64,000 nt of DNA from contig NC_045697.1 in the NCBI RefSeq assembly GCF_009834535.1, positions 100,442,001 through 100,506,000 of the forward strand, written 5' to 3'. The notes beneath the pieces were generated by a model. That model did not search any database. It was not told where the DNA came from and was given only the letters and a program-made list of their open reading frames with translations. Positions 12,689-26,010 of the stretch are shown one piece after another; position 1 is the first letter of the stretch, and each line of letters opens with the position of its first letter. The position numbers were made by a program, and so were the translations under genes. Source of the stretch: Camelus ferus (Eukaryota).

Positions 12689-13407
12689 CGAATGTAAGTC
12701 CTTTCCATTTCCACACCTACCACTGACCTCATTCAGGATGAAGTGCTCTGGGGACTTGAGCACTAGCTCCAATTGCTGGATGCCGGCTGCCCAGAGCACT
12801 CACTCTTTTAAGAAAAACAGGAAGCTAAATCAGTGTTCCTTGCAAAAGAATTCTGCCACAGTTAGTCTTGTCTGTGATGGTTGTGGAAATGAGAGTGGTG
12901 ACAGAACTGTGCATTTTTTGGACCCCGGACTAGAGACTCTGCACTAATATCTAAAATTAGTTAGAATTTTAACTATTCTGAAATCAGGTAAAATTTTCAT
13001 GGAAGAACATCTGATAGGACTGCCAGTTGTTTATTCCTGGTACAATCAACTGTGGCCGGTGGAGGCAGGAGGGACCCGAGTACACAGAGTCATTCCTTCT
13101 ATAGAGCAGTTCGTCCTTCTAAGGGAACAGATGTGTGGGGCAGGTAGCAAAACATGTCTAGTACTTCTAAGTTTATTGCATCCTGAGGTGACTGTTTTGA
13201 GATGATAGCATCTATTTGGATATGGGGCATTGGCCCTATTTGTTCAGTCAGGTTTAATGTACAGTCATGCCTTGAAGAGCAGAATTGTATTCACATCCTT
13301 CAGTGTCGCCCACTGACATAATGCCTCGTTCTCCTTTCAGTGCACACACCTGTCCAAAGCCGCTTCTTTAGTGTTAAGGAAAAATTAACTTAATGAATCT
13401 TCTTCTT

Positions 13408-13873
13408 TTTAAAAAAATTTTTTTATTGAAGTATAGTCGGTTTACAATGTTGTGTTTGTTTCTGGTGTAGAGCATAGTGACTCAGTTATACATAAATATA
13501 TATATATATTTCTTTTCATATTATTTTTTCTTATAGGCTATTACAAAGTATTGAATATAGTCCCCTGTGCTATAGCGTAGAACCTTGCTGTTTATCTATT
13601 TTATATACAGTAGTTAGTATCTGCTAATCCCAAACTTCCAATTTATCCCTCCACCCCTCCCTTTCCCCCGGTAACCATAAGTTTGTTTTCTATGTCTGTG
13701 AATCTGTTTCTGTTTTGTAAATAAGTTCATTTGTGTCATTTTTTAAAGATTCCATATGTATGTGATATGTATTTTTCTTCTCTGTCTGACTTACTTCACT
13801 TACTATGACAGTCTCCAGGTCCATTTAAATTGCTGCAAATGGCATTATTTTATTATTTTTTATGGCTGAGTAG
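13408..13873 (-). mobile_element. L1 3' end, 5'-truncated, with TSD
   Basis: T-rich tail plus L1 3' UTR. 18-bp TSD ttaatgaatcttcttctt (13390-13407) / ttaatgaatgttcttctt (13874-13891). Confidence 0.95.
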
Positions 13874-14458
13874 TTAATGAATGTTCTTCTTGCCAGTGAC
13901 TTGCTAAGTCACTCTAAGATTAAAACACTATTATTGCGAGGAGGGAAAGTGACAAGAATTACAATAAAGACAAGTTATTTGCATCTTGATTTCTTCCAAA
14001 ATTATGCTTGGACTGCCCTTACCTCCTCAGATGCAGACTGTTTCGGCAAACTGAACAATTTACTATGAAAGATCTAGGAACTAGAGGAGACAGTGGGAGG
14101 GAGGAAAGGCATGCGGGACTGGGTGCGTGAGGCAAATGTTCTGGCACTCTCCCTGCCCATCTCTCCACCAGTAGACTCTTCTCTCTCTTTTCCTATTTTT
14201 CCTTCCTCTTTCTTCTCTCCCATCCTTTAAAAAAAAAAATTCCTCATTCTTTTTTCACTTGTTTTTAAATCTGCCTCCAGGCATCACGTTGTCGGGGCTG
14301 CTGTGCACTTGCCCTGGAGTGCACAGAAGAATTAGCAAGGGCGTCTCTCTGGCATTTGAGAGCATGACTTCTCTGTAATTTACTACATCTGTTATGATGC
14401 AAAGGGCTTTTCCCATCTAACTGCTGAGCTTCCTTTCTCTCATCTCTAATACCAACTA

Positions 14459-14933
14459 CAGATCTTCCTCAATTTACGATGGGGTTACGTGCTGATAAAC
14501 CCATCATAAACTTAAAATATCGTAAGTCAAAACTGCATTTAATGCCACTAACCTACTGAACATTGTAGCTTAGCCTCACCTACCTTAAACATGCTCAGAA
14601 CGCTTGACTACAGCTGGGCAAAATCATCCAACACAGAGCCTATCTTACAATAAAGTGTTGCCTGTCTTATGTAACGTATTGAGTACAGTACTGAGGGTCT
14701 ATGGATACAGAATGGGTGTCAGTCGTTTCCCCTGTTGATCACGTGGCTGGCTGGGAGCTGCGGCTGCCACTGACCAGCATCTTGAGAGAATACTGTATGC
14801 AAGTTGCTAGCCCGGGAAAAGATCAAAGCTCAAAATTCAAAGTTCGGTTTCTACTGTGAATGCGTATTGCTTTTGCACTATGATAAAGTCAAAAAAATCA
14901 TTAAGTTGAACCATTGTAAGGCAGAACTGTCTG
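14459..14933 (+). mobile_element. MER47/Tigger5-derived DNA transposon
   Basis: TA TSDs (14457-14458, 14934-14935). Termini 'cagatcttcctcaatttacgatgggg' and 'ccattgtaaggcagaactgtctg'. Interior matches recalled MER47. Confidence 0.88.
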
Positions 14934-16380
14934 TATAGGTTCTTTCTTTCTCACCTGTTCCCGCCGTCTGCTCCAGTGTTCGAGTGCACGTTTATGCTTT
15001 AGTGCTGCAGAGGACTTGGCATCAGCCAAAAGGAGCTGAGCCTTACACTGCTGGGTTCCTTTGCATGGATTTAAACCATTAAACAGCCCTTTCTAGACAC
15101 CTCCAGCATCGCTCCCTTCTCAGCTCTTGCCGTTTCTTCCTAGACCCTTCCATGTCTTCAAAGCACAAAGTTCTCCGTGGTGCTTGGAAGGCGCCGCCCA
15201 TTCTCCAGGGACCTGGTCCCAGGCTGAGCCATTGCCTTTGGCCTCGTTTTGGCTTCTGGACAGTTTTTATTCTTTCAGGTTTAAATCCTGGCTTATCCTT
15301 CCTGTGACTTCTGATTAAAGTGCCTTTTCTTTCCTTTGCTATTTTTTTCTTTTCTTTTCTTGTAGTTTTCTTTACCATCTTTGCAGATTCTGCCTGGTCT
15401 CTGACTGATTCTTTTATTTTTTTTTTTCCCTTCCAATTTTCCCTCAAATGATTGTTCTCACAGATCATGTAAAAGCCTGATGAACTGAGGGTTGGGATAT
15501 CCCGGATTGCTTCGTTCTGATCTCAGTGCCTTTTTGTAGAATGTGCCCCAGTTCTGACATCTTAAGTAACAGCAGTTTAAATTTTAACAAAACTCATTTT
15601 TTAACCCTCCCCGTCTGTCTCCCTTCCCCGTGTTGTTGACTAGCTCTCATTTTAGAGCCTCTTAAGACCATTAGTGGTCATTGCCACTTCCTCCCAGTGC
15701 CAAGTTAGTCGATTGTGGAAAAATGATCGATTTTAGGCATGTCTGACCTTTGCATGTCATCTTCTAGAAGGGGTATGAGTAGTAGTAGGTCTCTGTTTGG
15801 CATTGTTTCTTTCCCAAATATTTAGAAAGACATTCTGTCTGCTATTGTATCTTTGGTGGTTGAGATTCTTCATAAACATCTTTTAATCTTACCATTTCAT
15901 GAAAGACCTACACCAGATAAATTATGAGCTCAGTGCTTATAATGTTCAGATTAATATTTGTCATCTGTTTTACAAAACAAGTATTTCTTTCATTTGAGAA
16001 CGACCAGGTTCTGTTTGTTTATAACTAGTAAAATAAACAATTTATTGTATATTTTGTTCTCTTTTCTATTCTGAAGCAAACTTTCTTATGAGTGTATGAA
16101 TTTAATGACAGAGTAAATATCTCATGAGATGATTATTTTTGCATCTTGCATTAAATTATGTATTCCTTTTAGGACATGGGACAGTTATTCATCCTCATCA
16201 CTCACAAAGTGCCTGAAATAAATTTGGTCCTCATTAAATACTTCAATAATTGCAGCATCAGTGAAAAATTTGTGAACGTTCAAATTTGGAATTAATGTAC
16301 CATTTTTGTTAAACATTCTTGTCTGTTTCAGTTCTGGTAAAATTATTGAGAGGTATACATCATATAACTCAGGAAACCAA

Positions 16381-16540
16381 GGCTTAGTAAAGAGAATGGT
16401 GGGCTTGGATTTAGAAGACATGAAATCAAAGCTCAGTCCTGCTACTCTTCAAACTTTATGAACCTCGATTTCCTCAAATGTTACATAGGGAATAATATGT
16501 CTGAAAGTGTTAGTGGGAAAAATAAATCAGAGAAGAAAGT
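16381..16540 (+). mobile_element. MIR SINE
   Basis: 'ggcttggatttagaagacatgaaatcaaagctcagtcctgctact...aacctcgatttcctcaaatgttacatagggaataat'. Confidence 0.65.
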
Positions 16541-16766
16541 GTTTTTCACTGTGTTGAAAGGCATGCAATAAGTACTTTAGAAAATGCTAGAAGCTTCCTT
16601 GCTTTCCATTATCCATTCTTTAAGATATAAGAATAAAGATTTACAGATATTTAATTCTTCTCAGAAAAAAAGTATTTAATTCTACGTTTAAAAAAATCTG
16701 TCTTTTGACTTTTGAAGATCAGTGCAATGGAAGGAATTTTTTTTTTTCTTAGCATCAAATGATCTG

Positions 16767-17610
16767 GAGGACTTTTGCTTCTGGGAATGACAGACCAAGG
16801 TTTTAGTAGAAGACTCCGTTGCAGAAAGCATCTAAGAAACTTGGGCTTAATACAAAGCAACTGCTTGAAGAATGAACAGAGCAATCTTGTGTACACACTC
16901 AGAAGATAGAACAATAGGGCTGTAAGCAGCAGTTCCTCATTTTTTCAGCTTTTAGCCTGGAACTAAATACAGTCTGCACAATTCCTGCAGGGGAGGCAGG
17001 AACAACAGTGGGAACACATACCGGCTTTCTGGCCGAGGGAACCAGGAGACCGAAGCCAGGGAAATGTGGCTACTGAAAGGAGTAGGGGAATCCCAGAATG
17101 GGAAGATCCAAAAATTCTGTCTGTCCACATATCCGGCTCATCTCTAGTCCATGCTGTGTTGAACAGACTCAGAGCAACTCAGCTAGAGAAGAAGTCTGAA
17201 GAGGGATAGGAGCTGCTGCCGCCAAATCAGAATCTCAAATTAAGCCCAGCCGAAATAATTACCTACAAAAAAGAAAGAAACAAAATGTGTTGGAAAACAA
17301 AACAATGTTCAGAATCCCCACAATGTAACATTCAAAATATGCAGCATAAAGTCTAAAATTACTTGACATAAGAAGATGGAACATCTTTTCAAGAGAAAAG
17401 AAAATCAAATGCATCGAATTCTGAGATGAACCAGATTTTAGAATTAGCAGACAAGGATTTTAAGTAGCTATTAAAACCATCCATACTTAATGAGATGAGA
17501 CAAATTTCTCACCGTGAAGCAGGAGATATGAAATCCCAGCATATAAATGGAAATGTTAGAGGAACCAAATGAAAATTCCAGAACTGAAAGTTGCATAGGT
17601 AACAATAAAT
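16767..17610 (+). mobile_element. Old L1M (L1MC/MD/ME-type) 5' region fragment
   Basis: A-rich; 'aaaattacttgacataagaag', 'gagatgaaccagattttagaattagcagacaaggatttt', 'gaaccaaatgaaaattccagaactgaaa' are typical of the ancient L1 5' UTR/ORF1 start. Confidence 0.72.
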
Positions 17611-17793
17611 CTCACCAATTTGTCATGAGATTGTTGGTAATTCATCTAGTACAGCGCCTGATGTAGATATCTTCTATTTCCCACGTTCTTCAGCTATTCA
17701 GTCATGATAACATGACAGTCATTATATTGGGTCCAGCTTAGCCTTCAAGGTCTGTTCTTTAATTGATGCCCAATGTCCTGCTGGAGCAGATAC

Positions 17794-17819
17794 CATCATC
17801 ATCATCATCATCATCATCA
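17794..17819 (+). repeat. (CAT)8 microsatellite
   Basis: Eight perfect CAT units plus CA. Confidence 0.95.
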
Positions 17820-17829
17820 GTATTATTTT

Positions 17830-18270
17830 GGTGGCTTAGACAGTAAAAGTGTATCATCTTTCAGTTCTGCAGGTCAGAAATCTGACACTGATGTACAATC
17901 AAGGTGTTGGCAGGGCTGTATTCCTTTCCAGTGGAAATTCTAGTGGAAAATCCATTCCTTGCCTTCTCCAGCTTCTGGGGGCCACCTGCATTTTTGTCTT
18001 ATGACCCCCTTCCTCCATCTGAAAACCAGCAGTGAATGATAGAGTCCTTTTCATGAGGCCAGCTCTTCTGGCCTCTGCAGCCTGGGAAGGTTCTAGGCTT
18101 TTAAACATTCTGTAGTTAGACTGGTTCTACCAATGATCAGGATAATCTCCTCACCACAAAACCATCACCTTTAATCACCTCTGCAAAATCCTTTTTGCTG
18201 TGTAGGGTAATATATTCATAGGTTCTGGAGACTAGGATGTGGACATTTTTGGTGGACGGTAGTCATTTAT
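17830..18270 (-). mobile_element. MaLR solo LTR, MLT1D-like
   Basis: 'cagttctgcaggtcagaaatctgac...aaggtgttggcagggctg...ccttgccttctccagcttctggggg...caggataatctcc...tctgcaaaatcctttttgc...ggatgtggacat'. Confidence 0.85.
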
Positions 18271-18399
18271 CTCTCCTTTGTTTCTTATGTTCTCTCTTCT
18301 TGAGCTCTTAATAGGCAGATATTGATCTTCTGTATCACTTAACTTTTCTGACATGTTTTCCTTCTCCTTGACCCTTTGATTGTTTTATGCCTTGTCCAA

Positions 18400-19745
18400 T
18401 TTTTTCAGATTAAATTTTTATTTTAGAACAATTTCAGATTTACACCAATACTGTGAAGATAGTATAGGAGTTCCTTATACCCTGTACCTAGTTTCTCCTA
18501 TTATTAGTATCTTACATAACGAAGGTATATATATTTTTTTACAATCAATGGACCAATATTGATGCATTATCATTAACTAAAGTCCATACTTTATTTGGGT
18601 TCCCACAATTTTCCCCTGATGTTCTTTTTTGTTGCTGTTCTAGGATCGCATCCAGGGTACCAAATTACATTTAGTCATCATGCCTCTTCAGCTCCTCTTG
18701 GCTATGACAGTTTCTCAGACTTTCCTTGTTTTTGATGACCTTGAGAGTTTTAAGGACTGATAGGTATTTTGTGGAATGCCTCTCCACTGGGATTTGCCAG
18801 ATGTTTTCCTCATGATTTGACTGGGGTTGTAGGTTTTTGGGAAGAAGGCCATAGAAGTAACTGCTATTCTCATTACATCACATCAAGAGCATACTACTAA
18901 CATGATTTATCCCTATTGATGTTAACCTTGCTTACCTGGTTGAGGAGGGTTTTGCCCACCCTCTTTCCATCCTGTTCTCTTTGGAGGGCAGTCAAATTTC
19001 CTCTTTCCCTCCCTCTTTCCATCCTGTTCTCTTTGGAGGGCAGTCACTATGTGTAGCCCATACGTGAAGTATCCGTATAAATTATTTGGAATTCTTTTGC
19101 AAGAGAGATTTGTTCCTTTTCCCCATTTATTTACTTATTCAGCCATTTGTTTATATCTGTGTATGACTCATGGGTATTTATTTTATATTTGTGTTATGAT
19201 TCAACATTATTTATTTTGTTTGTGCAGCATTTTCCAACTTTGGCCTTTGGGAGCTCTTTCCGTTAGTGCCAATGTCCTTGTTAACATTACCCCCATCATT
19301 GCAGGGTTCTGTTTTTTGTTTGTTTGCTTGTTTTTGAGCACTTCCTTACTTTCTGGCACTACATGACGCTACAGGCTCATCTTGTATACTTCCTGTCCTA
19401 GTCCTAGACTCAGACATTTCTCCAAGGATCCTTGATTCCTTTTATTGAAGAATCGTATAAGAAACTAAGATCTTTGCACTGAGTGTGCTTGTTACTACTA
19501 GTGTGGTATTGCTTCTCAGCCCTCTCAGCTGGCAGGACATGGAAATATATGGTGTGTACCAATGCCTGTATGTACACCTATCTATAACTATTTCTGTAGG
19601 TAATCATCTGCATTCCTGTTAGCTCAAGATGAGTTTATACTGATGTCCTCAACTCTATTCCATCACCACATGGAACATTCTAGCCTACTCCTCTTTCTTA
19701 TCTGTAACCTCCTACTCCAACGGTGAGAAACCTAACTCCCACTAA
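18400..19745 (-). mobile_element. L1MC-type 3' end
   Basis: 'cattaactaaagtccatact...catccagggtaccaaattacatttagtcatca...gacagtttctcagactttccttgtttttgatgaccttga...gagaaacctaactccc'. Confidence 0.85.
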
Positions 19746-19789
19746 TACCACTTTTTGGACTACTCAGGATTTACTCTTCCTTTGATTGG

Positions 19790-20260
19790 TAATCGTACCC
19801 AGGATTTCCTCCATAAACCACCCTTGTTACACTCCCCATTCATATAGTTTAGTGGAGTTGATCCTACTTAGGATTAATGGTTTCATTCGTCTACTTGGCC
19901 TTGCTAGTTAGCACAGCCTTTCTCCTTGACTGTGGGTTTTGGTTTTGGGAGAGACATATAGCCCAGGTTAGTCCCATCTCAGGACTTCTGCTGGGGTAAG
20001 AAGAGAAGAGAAATTTTCTTTCTGTTGACTTCATTGCTAAGATGATGCAAGTCTACTCACAGGGGAAAGCCTGCCTGAGAAAGATGCAACACAAAGGAAA
20101 GGCTGACCAAAAGTTGAGTAGAGATACCTTCTTGAGGATACTGTCTGAACACCTGGACCCAATCACACCTCCCCGTGAACACTCCCATTGTGGATCAGAA
20201 ACTTTCCTATTTTTCTTAAGCCCATTTTGATTTGGATTTATGCCGTTTGTAACCAGAATC
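19790..20260 (+). mobile_element. MaLR solo LTR, MLT1J/K-like, old
   Basis: 'gaaagcctgcctgagaaagatgcaacaca...tgaacacctggacccaatcacacct...tttttcttaagcccattttgatttggattt...ttgtaacca'. Confidence 0.7.
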
Positions 20261-21070
20261 TCTGTGTCCTTTACCCACCTAGGTTTAACTGGATTTTATT
20301 AAATTTATGATCCTGAGGCACTGGAATGCAACACACGCATTAGGATAACATCCTTTAATCCTGCAGATTTCAGTGAGCCCAAGATTAACCTGTAATCTGT
20401 GGAGAGTTATACCCTAACACTAGCTTTCCTTTTGTGTGAAAGCCAAGTAGAAATTTTATGCTGATAGCTAGAACAATTTTTAATTTAGGCCACTAGAAAA
20501 TAAAATGCCCTATCTGTCTTTAATAGTAGACTGTAGCAGACTGAAAAATCATCGAACTTTTGCTTCCTCTCACTCCCTTTTGCATATTTTCTTTTTTTTT
20601 CAAACTATCATTTGTCTGAGAACATGTAAGCTCTAAAATGAATCATTTCCTTATCATTATACTCTTTTTCCATTTGATGTCATTATTAAATTCTGCACTC
20701 ACAAAGAAAAAGTGGCAGTTAGTTTGAGTTTTTGGTATTGTTTAGATCTCTGTTTTAGCTGCATGTTAACATTGAAGAATTTGCTCTTAGAATGTTAAAA
20801 AAAAAAAAAGGACAATTACAATTTCCATTATCCTATTGACCTCTGTACCTTGTGTGAAATTTTCACCATCATTTAAAATTTTTGATTGCTTACTTTTTGA
20901 AGGTTTGAGGTAATTCTCAACTAGAGGCAATGTTTGAAGTAATTACTAACTTCAGGTTGCTAACAGCAGGTGAGAGAATCTGTCAGTTATTTGGTTCTTT
21001 TGACCAAAGAATTTGGAAACATTGGTGTTAGGAGGATACCTTTATTCACGTCACTGATGTTTCCCTCCAG

Positions 21071-21147
21071 GCGGAGAGACTTTCATTGCTGCACCAGCTC
21101 TGGCCTCTCTACTAACCTTCACTGGGTCTCCTGAGAGTCACCTGATG
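21071..21147 (+). other. Candidate spliced exon (77 nt) of an unidentified transcript
   Basis: Acceptor 'tgtttccctccag|', donor 'ATG|gtgagt', in non-repetitive DNA. No transcript evidence is available. Confidence 0.35.
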
Positions 21148-22949
21148 GTGAGTGTGGGATGGGGAAGTTTGCATGCCCTGCTCTTTCCTTTCCTCTGCTC
21201 TGCCCCTGATCCACCTCCTCCAGGAAGCATGTAATATCTTCATTATCTCAGCCATCCAGGATAGTAGAGGTAAAGCCCCTGATCCCTGCGGAGCACAGTC
21301 TTGTTTCACTCTACGTGTAATTGTTACCTCTCTTTATAAGCCTTGGATGGTGAGTTTACTTAAAACTGTTTCTGATCTCACCAAGAATGTCCTTAGAAAC
21401 TGCCAGATCTTTAAAAGGAAATATGCATCTTCTTCTGACATCTTATCTATGACTCCAGGTCATACCTAAAACAACAACAGCAATGATAGCACAGCTTTGT
21501 GATCTGATCCATGGCAGTAAGGTATAGGGAAACCTCAGTTTTGAATTTCTTTTCCCCCATTTACTCTCTGTGCAAAGATGTATTTGGAAATATATGATTG
21601 CCATGGACCAGGTGAACTGGATGTGATCACATCTTATAGCTCCTCTGTTTTATCCTAAGGGAGAGGAGCTGGTGATGTTGATGGTGTATGAGTCAAGACA
21701 GGAGAGGAGGCCATTTTATGCGCTGAGTTGGCTTGGATCTGGCAGAGAAGGTAGTGAGTAAGCTTGCGTGGATAAAGGAACAGAAAAGATTGGGGCTGAT
21801 AGATTAACTCAAGGAGTCCTGAGTAAATGAGTTAATTGTTTAGAGGTGATAGAAGAAGAAAGGCAACACACTTGTATTTATTTTGTGGCTCTAGACTTTG
21901 AAACATATTGGGGTGAAGGGGCTCACTCTCAAACTGTGCTTGTCACTCTTTAAGCTAAATTAGAATTAAGGCATACAGTTGACATGGAGTTTTTCCTTTG
22001 CAACATCAGTGGGAAGATTCTTTCAGCCAAAGATAGAACTGTGTGTATAAAGCAGCCAAATGAGTCAAACCAATATCACAACATTTTTTAACAACATTTT
22101 TTGATTTAGTAGTCATTATTGGAAAGGCCAGTTGTGCATTGCTATAATCATCCTCCTTTTTTTAAATGGAGATAGGGAGTAGAAAATGTGAAAACACTTG
22201 AGAAGCGAGTCCAGACATTCTGTAGACTATGAAAAGGTGCGTATTTAGCATCCATCTCCCGTGCTGCTGAGATTTTCCCACGAGCATCACCTAGAGATTC
22301 TTGGCAAAAAGAAGGTAGTTGAATCTCTGGGCAGCTCTTGCCCTCAGGTGTAATGGATGTGCCAAACCTCAGAGTATCTGGCAAACCACTGCCCATTCTC
22401 TTTTTTTTTTTTTCACTTTAGATATGCCCAGTTCATTGTATGCCAATTTTAATTCAATTAAAAATAAAAAATAAAGGTACACACACTGGTAGATGTAGAT
22501 ACAGAAAACAAAGATTGCTTTTTTAAAGTGTGATCTGTGACCCCTAAGGTACAGAATATTGTAGACCATGGCTTCCTTCTCGTCTAAAGATTTTATGAAA
22601 GATATTATTCCATTTTTAATGGCTCGAGTGAAATTCACCTGCCTCTCACCCCGATGGGAGGATGGCCGTGTGAATCTGATGATTCTTACCCCAGTTCTAA
22701 TGGGATGAAGCTGGTTAGATTTAGGCAGAGTAAATGACCCAAGGGAGGTCGTTCTAAGACTAGCCAGAGTGCTGTTATGTGTGTGGTCTGTTTTAAGGGG
22801 AAAAAATAAAAGCCACTCTAATCCTCTACTTCAGGAATTTGAACTAAGTTTTAGTTGACAGTGTTGTTTGAGGTAGAAGTTGGGACATGTGGCTATAATG
22901 GGCAGAAACTGTGAATACTCAAAGAAGCATGTTGACAGGGGTGAAATGG

Positions 22950-23155
22950 ATATGTAGAGAGAAGCAGAGAAAGACACCTGCCTTTGACACCTTGAGAAAG
23001 AATCCATTAGACGCAAAGGAGTCTGAAGGAGTATCCCGTCCTTAGACTGGCTGCAGATCCTAGGAATGTGCTCATTCCTGTCCATGGGTCTCCTTTCAAT
23101 AAGTCCTCTTTTCCTTGAAGTTAGTTGAGTGGGTCTCCGTTCCTTGAATCCAAAC
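22950..23155 (+). mobile_element. Old MLT1-type LTR 3' fragment
   Basis: Ends with 'aataagtcctcttttccttgaagttagttgagtgggtctccgttccttgaatccaa', like old MLT1 3' ends. Confidence 0.5.
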
Positions 23156-25194
23156 TGCCAAATTAAATTTTCAACACAAAATGAAATAACACATCTTTAT
23201 TGTTCAATGTTCCCATGGACTATCCCAGTTTAGCTTCAGTGGCAAGATGTGTGCTTCCTTTTTTTGCATAAATGAGCAAAAATCATGTTCTTATTCAACA
23301 ACAATTTTTCAATATTTTAAAATAGAAATATCTCAGCTGTTTCAGGCTGTAGGGAAGTTTATGTTGGAACGTGCTGCCAGGGACTGTTACAGCAAAGCAT
23401 CTATCATATTTTCTTTGGCCGTAAAATCTAGTGTGATGAGTACATTCTTTTTCAAATTTTCTATAATTGAATTTAATCTGAGCTCTCACTATACCCAGTG
23501 TCAGAAAACTGAATCTGGTCAATTCTGTAAACTCACTCCCTTCAGTGTTTTCTCAGTTATTTCCAGCTCCCCATGCTAGAGGGTATCACTGGCTTGTGGG
23601 GCACTGGGCTACGCCTGCTGTGTGGATTCCCCACCATGTAACATGTCCTGTGGGGTCTTTTGCTATTGATATTCATTCTTGTACCTGAGTAGTCTTCATC
23701 ATAAAGGAAGACATGGGGTCTCCACCCCCCAACTTCTCTGGTCTTGGAGGTCCAACCTCATCTTGGGACTTATCATGGCTAATACCTACCTGGTTTGTGT
23801 TCAGGGAAGGGTGTGGATGCCCGGCCCTTCTCAGAGACTTACCAGCATTTAATCTCTCTTCATGTCCTCCTTTCTTAAATCTTCTCTATCTTAGGTTAGA
23901 CAACATTTATCTAATATTGGGGGTGGAGATAAGAATAAACTGGTGCTTAATCTCTCTTATTTTCAGTCATGTTTTGATGTAGATTTCTCAGAGGACACAA
24001 CCTGACACAGATTGGTAGCTTGTGTAGTCCTTGAAAACCACTGGTTTAAGGCACAGAACCCCGTATCCCAATAAAGAGTCTTGGGAAAGGTCAAGATGTA
24101 AACCAAGGCATAAACTGTGCTTTCGTGATTGAAGTCAGTCTGGGTTTCTGAGAGCTGGGTGGATTCTGAGGAGGTGGAAGACTAGACTCCATGGAAGAGT
24201 TGGAAATCATGGTACCCTCTACTGGAACTGGTGCTTGAAGAAAATGTGAAGAGAAACCACGGACCTTTCCTAGTCCATTTTAGGCTGTAATGTGTTCTGT
24301 ACTCTGTAAGAGTAAGCAATTTGAGTCCTGACTGTTCTAATATGCCTGTCATTGGGAGGTCAAACAACATTGGCCCTTGGATGGAAACATGTGCCTAACA
24401 ATGAACTTGAATTGTTGCTTCCCTTCTCATGTAACGGGCAAGTGGAAGAGTTTGCATGACATGCACACCGTGTTATTGGGGTATCAGCTAGTTTGCTTTC
24501 AAGCTTCCTGGGACTATTGCAAATAAATTACAGAATATTTGGAATATCTGGTAATATCTGAATAGTAAGGTATAATATCTAATGAGTCACACCATCCCAT
24601 TCTTGAGGATGGGGATTTTTCATTCCTATGAGAAATAAATCACTAATTTAATTTGATTCGGTTTAAGTTTCATGACTTATAGAATGTATATTTCTCCATG
24701 TGAAGACCTATAAAATCTATACGTCTAACTTCCTTTCCTCTTATTTTGGAATGCCCAGAGCTTGTTCTAGTTAGGTAGGATGATTCAAGACCCAAAGCCA
24801 ATTGTTTTGGCAGCTTGGTGCTGAGAGCAGGGACCCCACTGCCAGGATGATCACCGCCTGGGATCAGGAGGCTCCTGAATTGTTTGTTGTGCCAAAACCC
24901 AGCATTTGGAGCGCTGTGGACATTAAAAGATAGCTTGGAACTAAAGAAAGTGGGTTTCTCTTAAGCTCTGATTAGGAAATGTAAGATCATAGACCCAGGC
25001 TCCAAATAAAGGGTTTATTCAAGCAGAAGGCACGGATAGTGACAGCTCGCATCTTAGGACTTTGCAGCTGCACCTGTGAGAACTGACCACACACAACAGA
25101 GACTCTCCTCGCGCTATCCCTCCCTCTGCTCCTCCTCCCTCCATCCTCCTTTCCTTTCTTTTTTTGGAAGGACCTAATCAGACAGGCCAGGGCT

Positions 25195-25290
25195 GGGATA
25201 TTGTCTCTGCTGTTTGTGACTGATGTGGCCTTGGACCGATGATGTAATCTACATGCTTCAGTACCTTCTCCTTGGTGCAGATAATAAAAC
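25195..25290 (+). mobile_element. MIR fragment
   Basis: 'ctctgctgtttgtgactgatgtggccttggac...aatctacatgcttcagtacctt'. Confidence 0.45.
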
Positions 25291-25909
25291 ATGTTTGCAA
25301 GGTCAGTGCGGAAATACTTGAGAAAAGATCTCTCCAGGGGGACACTGTGAACTTGGCCAGCTGGGATTTATGTTTACATAGTACTTTGTTGTACTCTATG
25401 GTGGCTGAGTTTTTAAAAATAAAGATTTCTTTTGGTGTTCTGTGGCTAGTGTGCTTTGAGCAGAGGGCTGGTGTAAGTCTTAACAGACAACTCCAGGGAA
25501 GGGATTCTCTGCAGAAGCCCTAGGCTAGTGGAAGCTGGCTTCACACCATGAGGCCTTCTAGTAATTTCATTGCTTTGCTGGAATATGGCTGAAGACTTAA
25601 AGGATCCATGGCTTTGGAAAAGTCGAAGATGATTAAAAAAAAAAAAAAAAAAGAGTCTCAAATGATTTAAGCCTTTTAGTTGCAGAGTTCATTCCTTTTT
25701 GAGGATTTATATTTTACCACCCAGGCTCTCCTGCCTCTGGTGCCAGTCTTCTCAATTTCCTCCTCATGCCTGCGAGGCTTTGTGAAGGATGCTAGTACTG
25801 GCCTCTACTTACAAGAACCATATGAAATGACTGGGTCGGAGGCACAGAGCTGGTTACCTTGATTCTGATCTTCCACTTATTTGTCCTGTGACTTTGATTT
25901 CTTCAGAAT

Positions 25910-26010
25910 GCGGGTGAGGAAACTGAGTCCAGCCAGAGGTCTTATGGCTTGTAAATAGAGATGCCCCCTTGAACCCAGGCCTATTGACTTAAACTTGGGT
26001 GATCTTCCCA
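25910..26010 (-). mobile_element. MIR fragment
   Basis: 'gtgaggaaactgagtcc...cttgaacccaggcctattgact'. Confidence 0.55.

Noticed and set aside
12528..12947. 139-aa ORF
   Set aside because: It starts inside the solo LTR and runs into flanking DNA with no recognisable homology.
15079..15468. K/R-rich 129-aa minus-strand ORF
   Set aside because: It is a by-product of a pyrimidine-rich low-complexity tract.
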